The notes: a model not told the origin generated them from the sequence alone. Shown: positions 1 through 13,647, counted from the first letter of the whole stretch. The stretch: 54,455 bases of DNA, filler included, from Basidiobolus ranarum (GCA_040143965.1; 2 parts of 2 records of this genome joined end to end with filler, not necessarily neighbours in it), one strand, 5' to 3'. Program-made: numbers and translations.

Positions 1-1140
1 CTTTACGTTCACCTGTTTTTAGTATAGCAATACAAGAGTTATTACGCAATTCAGATGACTCTTGTTTATTATACCCTATACTCGATGAAATGACCCCTAA
101 TTTGATCGCACAGAAAGCTGAACTTGATGAAATTTTGAAGAAATATCCACAATACTACCCAACTGTTAAAGAGCATGCTCAGAGTTAAACTCTTAGACTT
201 CATCCATGTAAAAATGTTTTGTCTTCTGCATTTTCCCAGACTTTGCATATCAACCACCTTTCCATAATATCACACTTTGAAACTCTCATTAACTTCAATG
301 ATTCGTCAATATTCAATATCGATATACTCCTACAGTATGTAATATGCCTTCACACATTCAATCTTCATTTGTAGTAATGCCATGATGCATTTTATTCCCC
401 GAGTCTTTACACTTTGTGAGAGCTTTGATCCATTGACGCAAACATTGTATTCGTATTAAATAAGATATTTTAAAATATTACCTGTCTTCCAGGATTGGTA
501 ATCATCAGATTAATGTGACTCAAAGTATGCATTATTCCCCGGGTATACATCCCAAAAAAAGATGTCCCAGAAGTAACCAAGTGTGAGGAGTGAAACCCTC
601 AAAGATCTACTTCCATCTGAAACAAGACTTATGCGGGTCGTTCAGTTAAACCTGCAGTGCTATACTTATATACTTCATGACAACTTGATGTTGTAAATAT
701 GGAATTTACCACATGAATCTTTCTCTATAAGAGATACAGTGACTCTGGGTATCTCTCGTTGAGACTTCTTAGGGTTCATGTTAGCCAAAATAATGACTGC
801 AGTCTGAGAATCGGAAGATAAATCCAAGGTTATCAGTTTTAAGTCCATTATCTACCCACAATACTATAGGGGAGAGAGATGTTAAATTCGCTTTTATGAG
901 TCCAAATCTTTTCAATAATGCGTGATTTTACCTGACACGACGAGTTAACATTAGCTTTGGATCTATATGCAATCCTTGATTTGGATTACTGTCCGCATAC
1001 ATAATGTTTGGCTACTTGAATGAGGAACGAATCCAATGGTCTTGTTACCCATAAACAATCATTACCAATCAAATAGAATAATTATCCAAAAAGTTATTGG
1101 TGTTGGTTATCATTTGTGTTTATATTTTTCAATTCAAGAG

Positions 1141-1460
1141 TGTTAAAGTATTTGGGAGCCTGTTGGAAGTGGTTTGGTGAATTAGAGGAATTGGTGGTTT
1201 TCACTTATTGATTTATTGAGTATTCAGTTGACATTTATAGTTTTGTCAAGATGTAAACAAACTAACGTGTAGAATGTGCTAAGGAAGGTCCCAGGAACAT
1301 GTGTGCAAAGTTTGGGGCTTCTTTGAAAAATCTATATATCTGAGAACTTCTAAGTAAATTCCAATTGAGAATAATGGGTAATATCTTAGTGAAATATGAG
1401 ATAACTAAGTACTAAGCTATATATGACTATATAGGTGCTTAGGCAATGCTAATTTCAACA
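1141..1460 (-). mobile_element. Solo LTR (Ty1/copia-associated family)
   Basis: 320 bp bounded by TGTT...AACA with short terminal inverted repeats. It is the reverse-complement near-copy of the LTR at 27897-28236 that abuts a copia RT. No clear target-site duplication (aagag / acaga). Confidence 0.8.
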
Positions 1461-4400
1461 ACAGATAACCTAGAATGCATATTTGCTCACATACTTGACC
1501 AAGTGTAGTACTTGAGGCATTATGTATATTTGCTTGGCCATACTAAAGGGTTAATAAAACTATGATGAGCAGTCACTATAAACGATATGAATATATACAA
1601 CCTAATCATGATCAAGGTTCACTCACCTCCATGTGGTGAATGATGGTGAGTAAGATCTTGAATGTGGAAACATGCCAATAATGAGTCCAGTCCACAATAC
1701 TGGCCTATTTCGATTAATCCACCTCATCAGAACTCTTACTGACATAAAGAGTACTCCGAAACTACTCAAGATATTCAGATTTTTTAATTCCTTCAACGTG
1801 CTTTCTGAAAACGTTAGAGAAGTTCAGTTCTTTTGTCAAATCATACTCAAATGCCTTCCCTAAGCTGTTAGTCTGACATTTATTGAGACGAATGACTTCA
1901 GTATGTTGGTAATATTAGTATCTAATCTAATGCAATGTCAACGTATAGTGGTAACATTTAGACTTACGGAGGTGATTGGTGGCTTGTTGTTCAATGCTTA
2001 CTCACTGTGGCTGAGCCCATGAATATCATTTTCGCACATGTGACGACACTATTCTGGAAAGCCCAAGAGTCAAATAACCACACCTAAAAAAATACTTTTT
2101 CAAGTTTTACTTCCGGAAAAGTAGATTACTCCTTGGTGCTATTTCATGAATCGGCACTAATCTTGTACTTTTCTATTAACCCATATGTTCCACCAGAAGC
2201 TTGGTTAAATTATTGCCAAAAGAAATCCTACTCATCAGGCCTATCTGACTGCTCTCCTTATCATATGAATATTCCTACTTGGCCTAGCCCCCTTCGTGAA
2301 TCCATTCATATGATTGATGAGACTCAGGAATAGGGTGCGCTCTTCAACATCTCACAACAATAACAAAGGAATCCATCAACAAAGTACCTCTTTTTGTACT
2401 ACATCAACCTATGAACTCTAGGGTAAGTTGTCACTGTTGAAATTACCTGAAAGAATCGCGACCATTCTTGTGCTTCTAATTGAAATACTTCCGAGAAGTA
2501 GCTCGATTCGAAGGTTCACTCAAAGAAAAGAAGGATTGAATTTGGTAATGACCAAGTTCATTTGTCCCACAATGCTCCACCATTAACTGGGATATTTGAT
2601 ATCCATCACGGGATAGCTCTCTTCGAAATGAGGATCTCTCTGAGAATGAGCAAAGCTGAACTCTGCCAATATTCCCATCGAATGGCAAGTGTATGGTTCC
2701 AGATTAACAATGCACATGGATACATGAGTATGTGCTACCTTTCTCTTAACTTTCGACTCTCCGGAGATACAAAACTGAACCCTAAAACGATTAATGGAAG
2801 ATGGATGTGTAGAGACCTCGTTGCCATCCATGACTGAAGATCCTTGTTGGCCATTTAGCTAGGGCAATGCTATTTCATCTGTGTTACTTCAAATTTATAT
2901 CGATATTGATGAGATATCTTGAGATAGATCAAGGCTACATGTTATAACCACTATTATACTCTTTCGTGGACAGAAAATGGGGAAAGAAAGGGCTTTTCAT
3001 GTGATACTGCGGTGAAAAGATGTAAATTAGACTTCGTTTCGTTCTTCTAAGGTATAGACCACTAGATGTGGATCTATTACCTAGCAAGATGCAAATCAGA
3101 TCATATAACAATTCTGAGTTCATATCAAAATGAAAACCAGTACATAGGTAAGAAAAATGGCTAGAAACGAAGATGGAGACAGGGGAAAATCTCTACTAAG
3201 CTAAGGAGATTAAATTCACTTAACATAGAAAAAGATGATACTGGCAGGGACTATACCCCGCTGCATCTGATCCACCTGTGTACGGTAAGATTGATAATGG
3301 ATCGTTGGAATTTCTAGGGAATTATTAGACTTTGTGAGCAAACCAGGCTGGCTATCAAAGCTAGTAGAATCGAACCAAGTCGAACTTTTACGCAATCACA
3401 ATGTCCATTGCTCTTCACTCGCCAATCAGACTTCAATTCCAAGGCTATGAAAATAAGGAAGTATCTGAAGCGGCATATGCTTAAATCCTTGGATGCTTCG
3501 AGAGAGATCTTCAAAGATCCCCAGCAATCATTTCAGTAATTACATATGTTGTAAATAATCGGAATTTAAGGCAGTGAGTAGAGTACACAAAATTAGAGCT
3601 TATCTAAATAGCTCAATCCCTATCCAATAGAGTCAGATATGAGGCCGGCAAAATTGTGATATCTATATATGGGGACCAATTGTACGCAACTCCGGCCATT
3701 GCTAAGGAAATGATATTTCGATATAGTATTGGTGCAAATGACAACAATCTCGTACTACTAAGTTCTTTTGGTTGCTTGTCTCTCGGTGGGAACAGAGTAG
3801 AATTTTCAAAGTTGGAAAGTTACTTTTGTCATATATCCTCAGATATATCGGACTCTGTCGTGTTCCTAGTTGAATTACCACAAGAGCTCGCGTGTAAATT
3901 ATATTGTAACTTCTTCTATATTATATCACCACTTCAATCTATATTTCCAGGCAACTTGTCATGGTATCGATTAGGTTTCATTCAGCATCGACATTGATAG
4001 CTATGTTAATCCCATCGTCATCTCTAACAAGACTATTCTTTGCTAAACACACGATTGGGGAAAGGAAAGATTTACATCTCTCTCAGTTTACTTCGATGTA
4101 CTTCGCTCCTCCAGCCTATACTAGTAAGTGGGCCCACTTTCATTATTTATGGTGAAATGAAGTCACGTATCAAGCAGCGTTAGTATCAATACCATCTACA
4201 AATGCTATGCTTGGAATGCAGCTTTAGGAATCCAGATATGATTTTCTCCTGGCTCAGTGAATTTTGGAATTATCCCGCACCTTACCAGGACTTGTTTGTG
4301 CAGTAACTTTAAATAATGGGTGGCTAGTGATGAGTTCTTGGGATAGTAGAGAATGGTTTAGGTGTAACTATCTATGGTGATGCATTTCAGAAATGTCTCG

Positions 4401-5536
4401 GAAGGTAGAGATATATTTTAGGCTATCTATGGGCAAAAAAGAATATTCGCTAGCCAGAGATATTTCCAAGATTACTGAGTATACTATGTATATATCCCGG
4501 CCCAATATGAGCATGTATATGTATGTTTAGAGCTTAAACCAAACCATTCCCACAAGTATTCAGATATTGACTGTAGAAACAACACACCGCTTCCCTACTC
4601 GTGTGCAACATTGGCACCACATAGCATTGTTTTCTAATGGTGATCTTTATATTTAACTCGCTTACCTGGATACCCTGGAGGTTATTCTCCGCAACTATCT
4701 TACTCAAACAAGAAAAACCCGCGCCAAATCGGTCAGAATTAATATAGTATGTATATCTTAGCTATTCTAATGCAAGATTGACTGGCATTTGTGTCAGTGA
4801 TGTCAAGTTACAGCCTTCTATATGCAAGATTGCTGGGTCAAAGAGAGTGCTGATAGGCTGCTTTAGGTGCACTCGGCAAGGTAAGAAATGGAGAAGGTTG
4901 GCGTCCAATTAGGGTAAATTCACATTGACCATTTTCGGGTTTACAATATCATTTCAAATGAATGCTTAATGCGAAGAGAATCTACATGGGTTAGAATGTC
5001 TTTTATTCTTTCTCCAAATGGCCAGTACCGGGATTTTCGGTCGAAAATGGGCCAAAATTGTAGGCAGGATGTGAGATGAGAATATTTTGTGAAGATCCCC
5101 TTCACATCACACAATGCGAAAGAACAACGCAGTCCTCTTCTGCAATCTATTTACATCCATGTACCACTTCGGATGTTCATTGAACTCGTTAGGAGAGGAT
5201 TTCCACAAATGAGGGAGGATTCCGGGAGAATAGGCACGTGATAAGAATCTTTTGTGGTGCCTGCATTTTACATTGGCCGATGATTTTTAAACATTTAAAG
5301 AAATGGTAAATTAGGATCTTAATTAGGTTTCTGCTCGTATGCCATATAGATTCCCTCGAATCAGATCCCAGTGATTCTGAACCGAGGGAACTCAAATCCA
5401 CCCCGCCCCATAGAGACACTTTAGCTGGGATATTCTTGTTTGCTACGTTCTTTTATAAGCACAATATCAAGAATCACGCCTCTTTAGACTCCCGAGCCTA
5501 ACCCTGTCGATATCAGAATATACAATACCCATACTC

Positions 5537-5573
5537 GTACCTGTACCCGTACCCGTACCCGTATCCATCTACC
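5537..5573. repeat. Degenerate (GTACCC)n microsatellite
   Basis: gtacct-gtaccc-gtaccc-gtaccc-gtatcc-atctacc read directly. Confidence 0.7.
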
Positions 5574-5799
5574 CTATACTATTTTATACCCTCGGGAGCC
5601 TAGACTAAGCCGGATCCCAGATATCGATTTCATAATAAACATAGTTTGTAACCTGGATCAATTGCGTATTATGATTAGTTTAGCTCGGACACAGGTATTT
5701 AAAGCTCCGCCACTCATATTGTTCATATCATCCTTTTCGTTTCTTCGTTTGGAATCAACTTCACTACACAGAAAACCACCAGGAAATTTCCATTCAACC

Positions 5800-6141
5800 A
5801 TGTCTTCCAAACGTTTACTTCTGACTCTTTTTGGCTCGAAAGGATGTGGTCTCTGTCATGAAGCCAAAGACGCTTTACTCAAAGTTAAGAAATTGGTAAG
5901 TTTTCTAACCTAAGAAACCCCATGTCTACAGAGGCTCTCCAACTTACCTCTACACCCCTTGGTTTTCTAGGTTCCTTTTGAATTACAGGAAATCGACATT
6001 CACCAACCAGAAAACCAAAAACGTTGGGAGAAATATACTTTCGATATTCCAGTGGTACATTTGAACGGTGAAGAGATCTTGATGCACAGAGTGGACGAAA
6101 CTAAGTTAACTGAGCAATTAAAGAAAAAACTCGCAGAATAG
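5800..6141 (+). CDS. Glutaredoxin-like protein (DUF836 / YDR286C type), 88 aa, 2 exons
   Basis: Exons 5800-5895 and 5971-6141 with a GT-AG intron give MSSKRLLLTLFGSKGCGLCHEAK...EIDI...WEKYTFDIPVVHLNG. CxxC and the cis-Pro (DIPV) motif are present. Confidence 0.88.
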
Positions 6142-6694
6142 AACCTCCTAAGCTTTTTGTTATATAAAAATCTCCTTGAACCTTATTCAAAGAAACGTCC
6201 CTTTTTCGGAATGACTTCTTAAGCATTATCACATCTGTGAGGGGGGGGGGTTATTATACGTAATCAGTATCTTTCACTTTAGTGTGTACGTTGCTTTGAC
6301 AGCAATCATTCATCCATTCAAAAATTTTATCAAGATGTAGTTGGACCATAAGGCTGTTTGTTAAGTATCAAAGTTAATAAAAACATTTATATCCACAGAT
6401 ATACAAAGGATTTAGAAGATAGAAGATTGAGTTCAATGTTGCAATTGACTCTCTTGTATGTTATGTTGAAGAGGATCACGGTCAACACTATCTAATGGCT
6501 ATCTACACTGTGGCTATCAATCCATAAAGCGGGTTAAAATAAGAAAATATATCTTGCTCTGGATGATACATGATGGGGATGGGGATGGACTAAGCAAATA
6601 TCAAGAATAAATAGAGTTACTTGTTCTACGAAAGATCTCTTCAAATTGAACATTCGCGAGTATAGAATCATTATAAGCAACCGTTAAGTGGAAT

Positions 6695-8399
6695 TTAATT
6701 ACAACATCGGCTTCTTTCTATCTCCTGATCTTCGTCATTCAAATAAATGCTTCCGTCTGTCTTGTGTCGTCTAGCCCTCTCCAGTTCAAATTTATTCTCT
6801 ACTAGCTGGCGTGCAATTTGTACAAAAATTTCGTCAACCCCTACACAGTAAAGTCAATTTAGTTTAACTTAGTTTCCACCTTTCCACCTTTCCCTTCTTC
6901 CCTCCCCCCCATCGTCATTGCTTCTCACCTTCATCGTCTTTGGCAGACACCTCATGAATGGTATATCCAGTTCCCACTACATTGTCCACGAATTCAGCCA
7001 CCTCATCTAACGACACTTCTCTCCGAGTATTAGCCAAGTCAAACTTACTACCAACGATGTGAATGACTATAGTATAACTGTGTGTTTAGCAAGACATCAT
7101 AGAAACCAAGGATACTTGAATAAAGATCCTCACTTAAATCTTCGGCCATGTTCTTTTCCAGTTCTATATGAAAGTGAAAGGAGGGAATGAAAAAACGATT
7201 ATTACTCAAGTTTGCTAACAACGTCTTGATTCATTCAAATCCTCAATTATTCGCGTACACTTTAATGTTAGTACGAGTACTAACACTTCAGGGTATATAT
7301 TCTCCTCTGAGTGCATCGTGTTCAGGATCCTGATGGTTCTATAGTAAATTTTAACTAACCTTTCAGCCAAGCCTCTATCTCCTCGAAACTTTTCCGGTTC
7401 GTAATATCGTACACAATGATCGCAGCATTTGCCTACGGAGTATTATTCAGGACGTTAGCAAAGGAATTGATTCTCAACTCAAGTTAAACCTACCCCTCTA
7501 TAATACATAGGTGCCTGTAATAAAGGACGTTAGTGAATGACATTAGTATCATAGAATATGCTGCAGAAAACACCATATACTCTCAAAGAGAGTTGAATGT
7601 ATCATGGATGTAGATTGATATCCGAAGAAAGGGATAATCTTAAAAGACATTCCAACCAAGGAAAAATCCAAGAACAAAAAGAGAAACCGAAATATTTCGA
7701 AATAGTAAATTACCATAGAACGAAAACGCTCTTGACCAGCGGTATCCCATATCTGCAATCTAACTTTACAATTATCTACGACCCTAAAAGCGTGCCAGTC
7801 AAAAAAGTAAAAGACAGTGACGTTGAGAAATCTGTCTCTAACATGATCGATACTCTACCCCTTGTGTGGTCTTCCACATTAACACTTCTCCCTGTGTATA
7901 GAACGCTTTCTTACCTTCTTTCTCACCAATTCCTTTTTTGAACTCACCTTTTGGTATGCATTCGTAGGTGGTTGACTTTTTTGTATAGTAAACTTACTTT
8001 ATGTTCTATTGGATTGGTCAGGAGTTGTTGAAGACCACATAAAGGGCAGAGTGGTCTGAAAGTTCAATGAACAAGAGAGTAGAAAAGATACTTCACCCTT
8101 TCTATCCTTCTCGAATACACTCTTGTCTACTTACAGTTTAGTTGTCATGAAAGAGGCACCGATGGTTGAGGAACAGTTTGGGGAAAACGTCTTTTGAACA
8201 TAACGAACCACAAGTGAGGTTTTTCCAACAGCTTGAAACCCATATGAAGGAGAAGGTTACAAAGGTTGGAAAAAGGAAGTCACAGTCAGTTAGTATCTAT
8301 ACCAAGGGATGATTTCAAGCCACTTCAAGAATATGAAATAAGTTGTTTACCTTGACTTCCTAATATAACCACTTTGGCTTCAAGCAAGTCGTTGTGCAT
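6695..8399 (-). CDS. Rab-family small GTPase (Rab5/Rab22/RabX1-like), 8 exons
   Basis: Spliced translation MHNDLLEAKVVILGSQAVGKTS...TIGASF...[32 protein letters not shown]...IVGSKFDL...EVSAK...SRCCN*. G1, G2, G3 and G5 boxes are present, with a C-terminal CC prenylation motif. Confidence 0.92.
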
Positions 8400-9298
8400 T
8401 TATACCAAGTTCAGGGGAGTGGTAAGGGACGGAATATAGAAGCAACTCGGAAAAAGTTACAGGTGAAAGTAGAAGTTATTTGTTTATAAGAAAAAAGAAG
8501 GTTTATCAAGTTATTGAATAAGGGAAGGTTTTGAGAGCGGGGGTAAAATTGAAAGAAAGGTATAGAGTTGAATGTGAGTAGTATGCACGGGGAGTTAACC
8601 AAATGCTACACAAATCGAAATAAACCGACAGTAAAAATATGCAGTAAGGAATTTAATTCACTCTTACACTGTATTAATTTCAAATCACTAGAGATCATTT
8701 CAATCTCCTCATTCTGAGAAATATATTCATGCCAGTATTTTGCTGTAGTAATGAATCAAACGAACGAAATTGGCTCGTCCATTTTCCATCAATTCATACA
8801 TAAGTATTTCCACCATACAGATTAATACATTCCACATGAAATTAGAGTTGCAATCAATGCAACTTTCTCATCCTCAACTATAAGGAAAAAGTACGTGACT
8901 CTACAGTGTTACGTTTCTCTTTATAAGAGACCAAGATTCGAGTCTTTGACGAAATACAATATTATGCAGTATATATGTACGTATATATAGATATATATAT
9001 AATATTCGAGCGCCCACTTTAGATTAAATTGGGTCCTTTTACTGTACAGAATCTCGACTACAGAGATCTTTGGGAGTAAGATGAATATTGGCTATGTAAA
9101 CAGAAGTAAATGCTATTGGTCTTGAAGAAAAGTGCTGTCTAGCATCATGAAACAACCAACGTTAGAAAATAGCTAGCAACCAACGTAGGTTCAGCCAGGA
9201 TTGAGGTGAGGCTACTAGTTAAAGAGGATGTAATTTGTTGGAACGTACAAAGTCAACCTCATGATTTCACAAGTGATATCGAGTCCTTCCTACAGCCA

Positions 9299-11643
9299 CT
9301 ATTCGTTATTTGCAGAAAAGAATTTAGGAAGGTTATCCGATTGTCGGAGAGTACTTGAGGAATCCTGGGGATAACTGGCAGGGAGAGGATCATCATATCC
9401 AACGCTTGATCGACTTGGCTGTGAGTGATAGCTAGTGTAAGCCAGTCTTGGTGAGAAGGTTGAAGTGGATAGATTGGTACTTGATCGTGTATCGGTCGTA
9501 TTGTCAATCAAAATCTCCTGTCGTAGACCAGCATTTTCACGAAGACTAACTATATATAGATCGTATGGAGATAAGTTTGCTCTGTCAGGTAGAGAAGTAT
9601 GAGAGACTCTATTGCCCCATGATTTATCATTAAAACTCGAATCATAACCACACTTGGAGGAGGAAGGTCTTGCGGTGATGGTTGTACCAACCACGCTGGT
9701 AGGAGCAGAAACCCGATTTTGTGTAACTTGAGATTGTGATAGGAGCCCAGGAGTAGCCGAAGGTAACACATCATTGATGTTTTCTGGCTTGATATACTTT
9801 GCTTTAATGATCATGATAAAACAAACGATGCCTCGCAGCGTCCAAACAAGTTGAGCCACGAGAATGAAGAAAATGCTTATTAGACCACACCAGTCCTTGG
9901 CATTGCCACCGGCTTTTACTGCCGGTAAATACGCAAACAGGAGTGCAACCATAGCTATCCTCATTGCCTGGAATGTTATCTCCCATCTATTTACGCTTTT
10001 ACTAACGTATGGATGAATCCCGACACAAGCGTAGAACATTGCAAACTCCAAGCATAGCATCAAAATTAATTGTATCAAACCATTACTTTTCCCAAACACC
10101 ACGATTCCAGCGAGTGTGATACGGTAACTGAAATGGATCCAGGAATACTGATAAGACGCTGGAGTATAGTCATTGTAAAGGGGACCAGACCTTAGCATAT
10201 GAAAAGTATCGATGAAAATGATTGATGTTGGTGAAATGTTCATCAAGTATACCATGATGCCAGCTATGACTCCCAAGCTTAGAAAGGCGACGAGTGCAGC
10301 TGCAATAATAGTTAGCCATACCGAATCATGAATCATCAGTTGATTGAAGGAAAAGAGAGTAAGGGGGAAATGGAACAAGATAAGAACTCTTAAGATGTTC
10401 CCTAGGAATAATAGAAACCAGGTTAGCAAAGAAATTTGTTGCCTTGATGAAACCAACAACAAACCTAGAGTGAAGGCAAACAGCTTCTTTTGAGAATAAT
10501 TGGCTCCATCAGATTTCATAACTAGTATAGCTACTCCATTGATGATCCCACTAGCCAATAGCACTGCCAGCATAGCAAACGACATTACTATGAGCAACGA
10601 GACTAGAAGTTCGTCAGGCTGAAGGTCCACAAAATGAGAGAAGAAAGCGATTCCATGATCGTCTGTGGTCAGCGGTGACGGTAAATGAGTACTAGAAGAA
10701 GCTCCAGGTGCTTTGATAGAACCATAACTAGTGATTGAATCCGCTAAAATTCCCATAGTAGAATGGAATCGGAAAACAAACTTTTGATGAAATAACGAGT
10801 AATCCAAATTGAGTAAAGCAGTGGCCACCACGAACTGAAGGTGGTATATTACTTTAAAAATCCCAGGGTATCTAAGACTCTGCATTCTTCCATCGATTTC
10901 GAAATTTGAAGTATACGTGAAAACATCGCGAACACAGCCAAAGAAATATCCGCAAAGCATAGTCAGAATAGGCAGTACTAGAGTCCATAGCACCACAGTT
11001 GCAATTGTGTCATTGTACGTCTCATCTGTTTGGCTCATGGTAGTGGCAAAGCAACCGTATTCTCCGCCATTCTCATCGATAAGGATAGCCATAATATGAA
11101 TATCAACAAACGGGGCGTAGTTAGGCAACTCCAAGATCTTGCGTATCATGAAATGAATGAGCTTCGATTGAGAATACAGACGAGATTTCGAAACAATCTT
11201 AGACTATACCTTATTGAGGGTGATATTCCCAGGTTTTGTAGGACACCCTCCCAAAGAAGGGCATAAATTTGAGTCAGTCACAGAACCTTTGGAATTTAGC
11301 GTGGAGACGATGTAAAGTGAAGTAGCTATACGGCCTAGTTGAATTGGAACATAATAATATAAGCGTTGAATATAAATAGCTCGAGATGTAAAAAAGCCAA
11401 ACCTTGTGTTTGGGTGGACGCTCCATAAAGTGTATCATTGGCAACACCGGTTACTCTAAGAGTAACTGTCCTATGAGCCAAATCCAATGTGACTGCCCCA
11501 TCAATCGGGTTCCAGGAATGGCGAGGGTCTCCGCAAAATTCGAATTTAGCGCCATACGCACTTTGAAAGAAAGAGAGCACAATAATAAGTTGAAAGTAAA
11601 GTCGAAATAAGCGAGATAGGTTAATGTTTTTTGAAGAAAGCAT
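9299..11643 (-). CDS. Fungal TRP-like / FLC (Pkd2-type) membrane protein with N-terminal ML-like domain
   Basis: Signal peptide, then a Cys-containing lumenal domain (exons 11643-11403 and 11334-~11210), then a multi-TM region with HLQFVVATALLNLDY and GPLYNDY motifs typical of fungal FLC/TRP proteins, and a Ser-rich tail. Probable in-frame intron at 10402-10464. Confidence 0.8.
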
Positions 11644-13207
11644 GGGATATAGGCTACAAAGGGTGGAATGGAAATACTTAGAATCTTTGAGGAAAAAGAG
11701 TACGAATCTTACAAAAGAAAAGAACTATATCGAAAAAATCTAACAGTAAAGATAAAGTCAACTATAATGCATGTCTAGAATGAGTTTGATACGAAAAAAA
11801 GAGACAACAAAGATGACAACTTCAGCACCAGAATTTATATTTATTTACTTAGCGGCAACGTAGTACGGATTGGCATCAAATATTATTGCAATTTACAGAC
11901 CATTCATACACAATCAATCATAAGTAATTGTGTGAAACTACTATCTATGTATATATATATATACCTATATATACAGAGCACCAGCATTGGTCTATGCAAA
12001 CAAGACCACAATAGACAGGCTAGTTTTTGTCAGACGGGTCTATATGAGATTCAGCGATAGAGAAAGCTAAACATGATCACCTAGATTGCTGATTACCAAG
12101 AATTTTCGTTGTTGAAGGAACAAGGGGTGTTTAAAGTAACAACCAATTACAATATATACGTCTGACAGGAAATTGTGTTTACTTTTGTATCGTGCTTCCA
12201 TAAAACTGTAACTTCGGCGTCAGTTATTAATATATGGTTTCACTCTCCAATTATATTAGGGCATCGAGATAAATATAGTAGCAAATGAAGCCCGATCAAG
12301 TACACAAATATGGCCGCAAATAATGCTTATTTCAGATAGGGAACCAACATCCTGCACTGATGCACAAGGAGTATGTTCTTTGGAATATGAACGGGTTAGC
12401 ATCTACTGGCACAAAAAATTAGAAAAGTGCCAAGCTGTCTCAGCCCTCTGCTTCATATTTATGTTTCCTTCAACTCGCTACATACAGTGAGCATGTTACT
12501 GCTTTGCGGGGGCACTTTAACTGCATCAAGACCTCAAGTAGGCTAATCCAGAAAAGGAAATCAGGAAGTGCATATGATTATTGGAAAGTGGCGCTGTTGA
12601 TGGATGATATGTATAACGTTGGTTCCAAACCAGCTGTGGAGAGAGTGTAATGCTGTCATACTCCCCCAGAGAATTTGCATGACATCGACAAACATGACGA
12701 TATGTACTGCTCTATTATCAGTCTACCATAAGCAAGAACACTAATTGGAGAGGAAAATGTTACGGTCCTGCCTAGGAGATGTAGCAGAGATAGAGGAGCC
12801 ACATGGTGTAGAATCCATCCACTAGATACACACCACCTTGCTAGAAATTAAGGAAAGCATTCAGCTTTAACATAGCCTGCAAACATATTGAAGGTAATGG
12901 CATTGGCAGGTGGAATTGTGTCAAAGAATTCAATCCACTTGCAAAAGCCACGAGATCTCTCGAAACAGCCATAGAGGATCGGCTATCGAGTACCTTGAAA
13001 TCTGAATGCTATCTAAGACGAGTGGGCCGATCTTTATTCCTCATGAAGAATCCGAGCAGGATGGCATTTTGATTGCTCAGCGTATTATATATAATATTTA
13101 ATTAGGAACACGTGAGCTGAACTAAGGCTAGTGACATCACCGTATCCATAATTATCAGGATTTGAATTTAGATTTTTTGACATTGGCGTATTTTTTGCAT
13201 TCATTAA

Positions 13208-13647
13208 TCACCAATTTCGAAAACTGTACTGTGATAACTGCAACCAATTGAAAGTGCGAAGAATAGATCTGCACTTACAGGCGCGCTCTATCATGTGGTA
13301 ATGAATATCTGCTTGATGGTGGCTTATAAAGTAGAAACTTTCTGTGATCATCTTGCTCATTGAGCCATTTAGGCTTGACCTGTGATACAGATATTCGGTA
13401 TCAACTTCACTCCATCGATACCAATTCGAAATTGTCTGTACTCCCTTCAACCACAAGGCGTCCTCTTCATAAGCTTTGTGCTGGAATGAAGCCTGACTTA
13501 AGTGTTGCTTAGGGTTATCTTGATACAAATGGTGTTCCGGGCTAGCCTTCATTACTTCTTTCAATTTAAAGGTCTATAATTGCAATCGGCACTCATATAT
13601 GCCACGACATGTTGGACAAACTTTGATCCACCTGCGGGGCGCCACTG
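13208..13647 (-). mobile_element. Possible decayed LTR-retrotransposon 5' end (PBS-like site followed by a gag-like ORF)
   Basis: Minus strand reads ...CA-G-TGGCGCCCCGCAGG (LTR end plus tRNA primer-binding-site pattern), about 80 nt upstream of a 118-aa ORF. No pol motifs were recognised. Confidence 0.25.

Noticed and set aside
1495-1515. CAAGTGTAGTA resembling the U2 snRNA branch-pairing region
   Set aside because: The flanks do not match U2 and there is no Sm site or stem-loop I.
1-5700. Short ORFs (62-113 aa) and stop-riddled frames in the first 5.7 kb
   Set aside because: No recognisable motif or consistent splice model. They may be very old gene or TE debris, but no call can be supported.
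7105-7116. GTATCCTT (minus strand) inside a Rab intron as a U12 donor
   Set aside because: The reading frame requires the upstream GTGAGG donor; this motif is internal to the intron.
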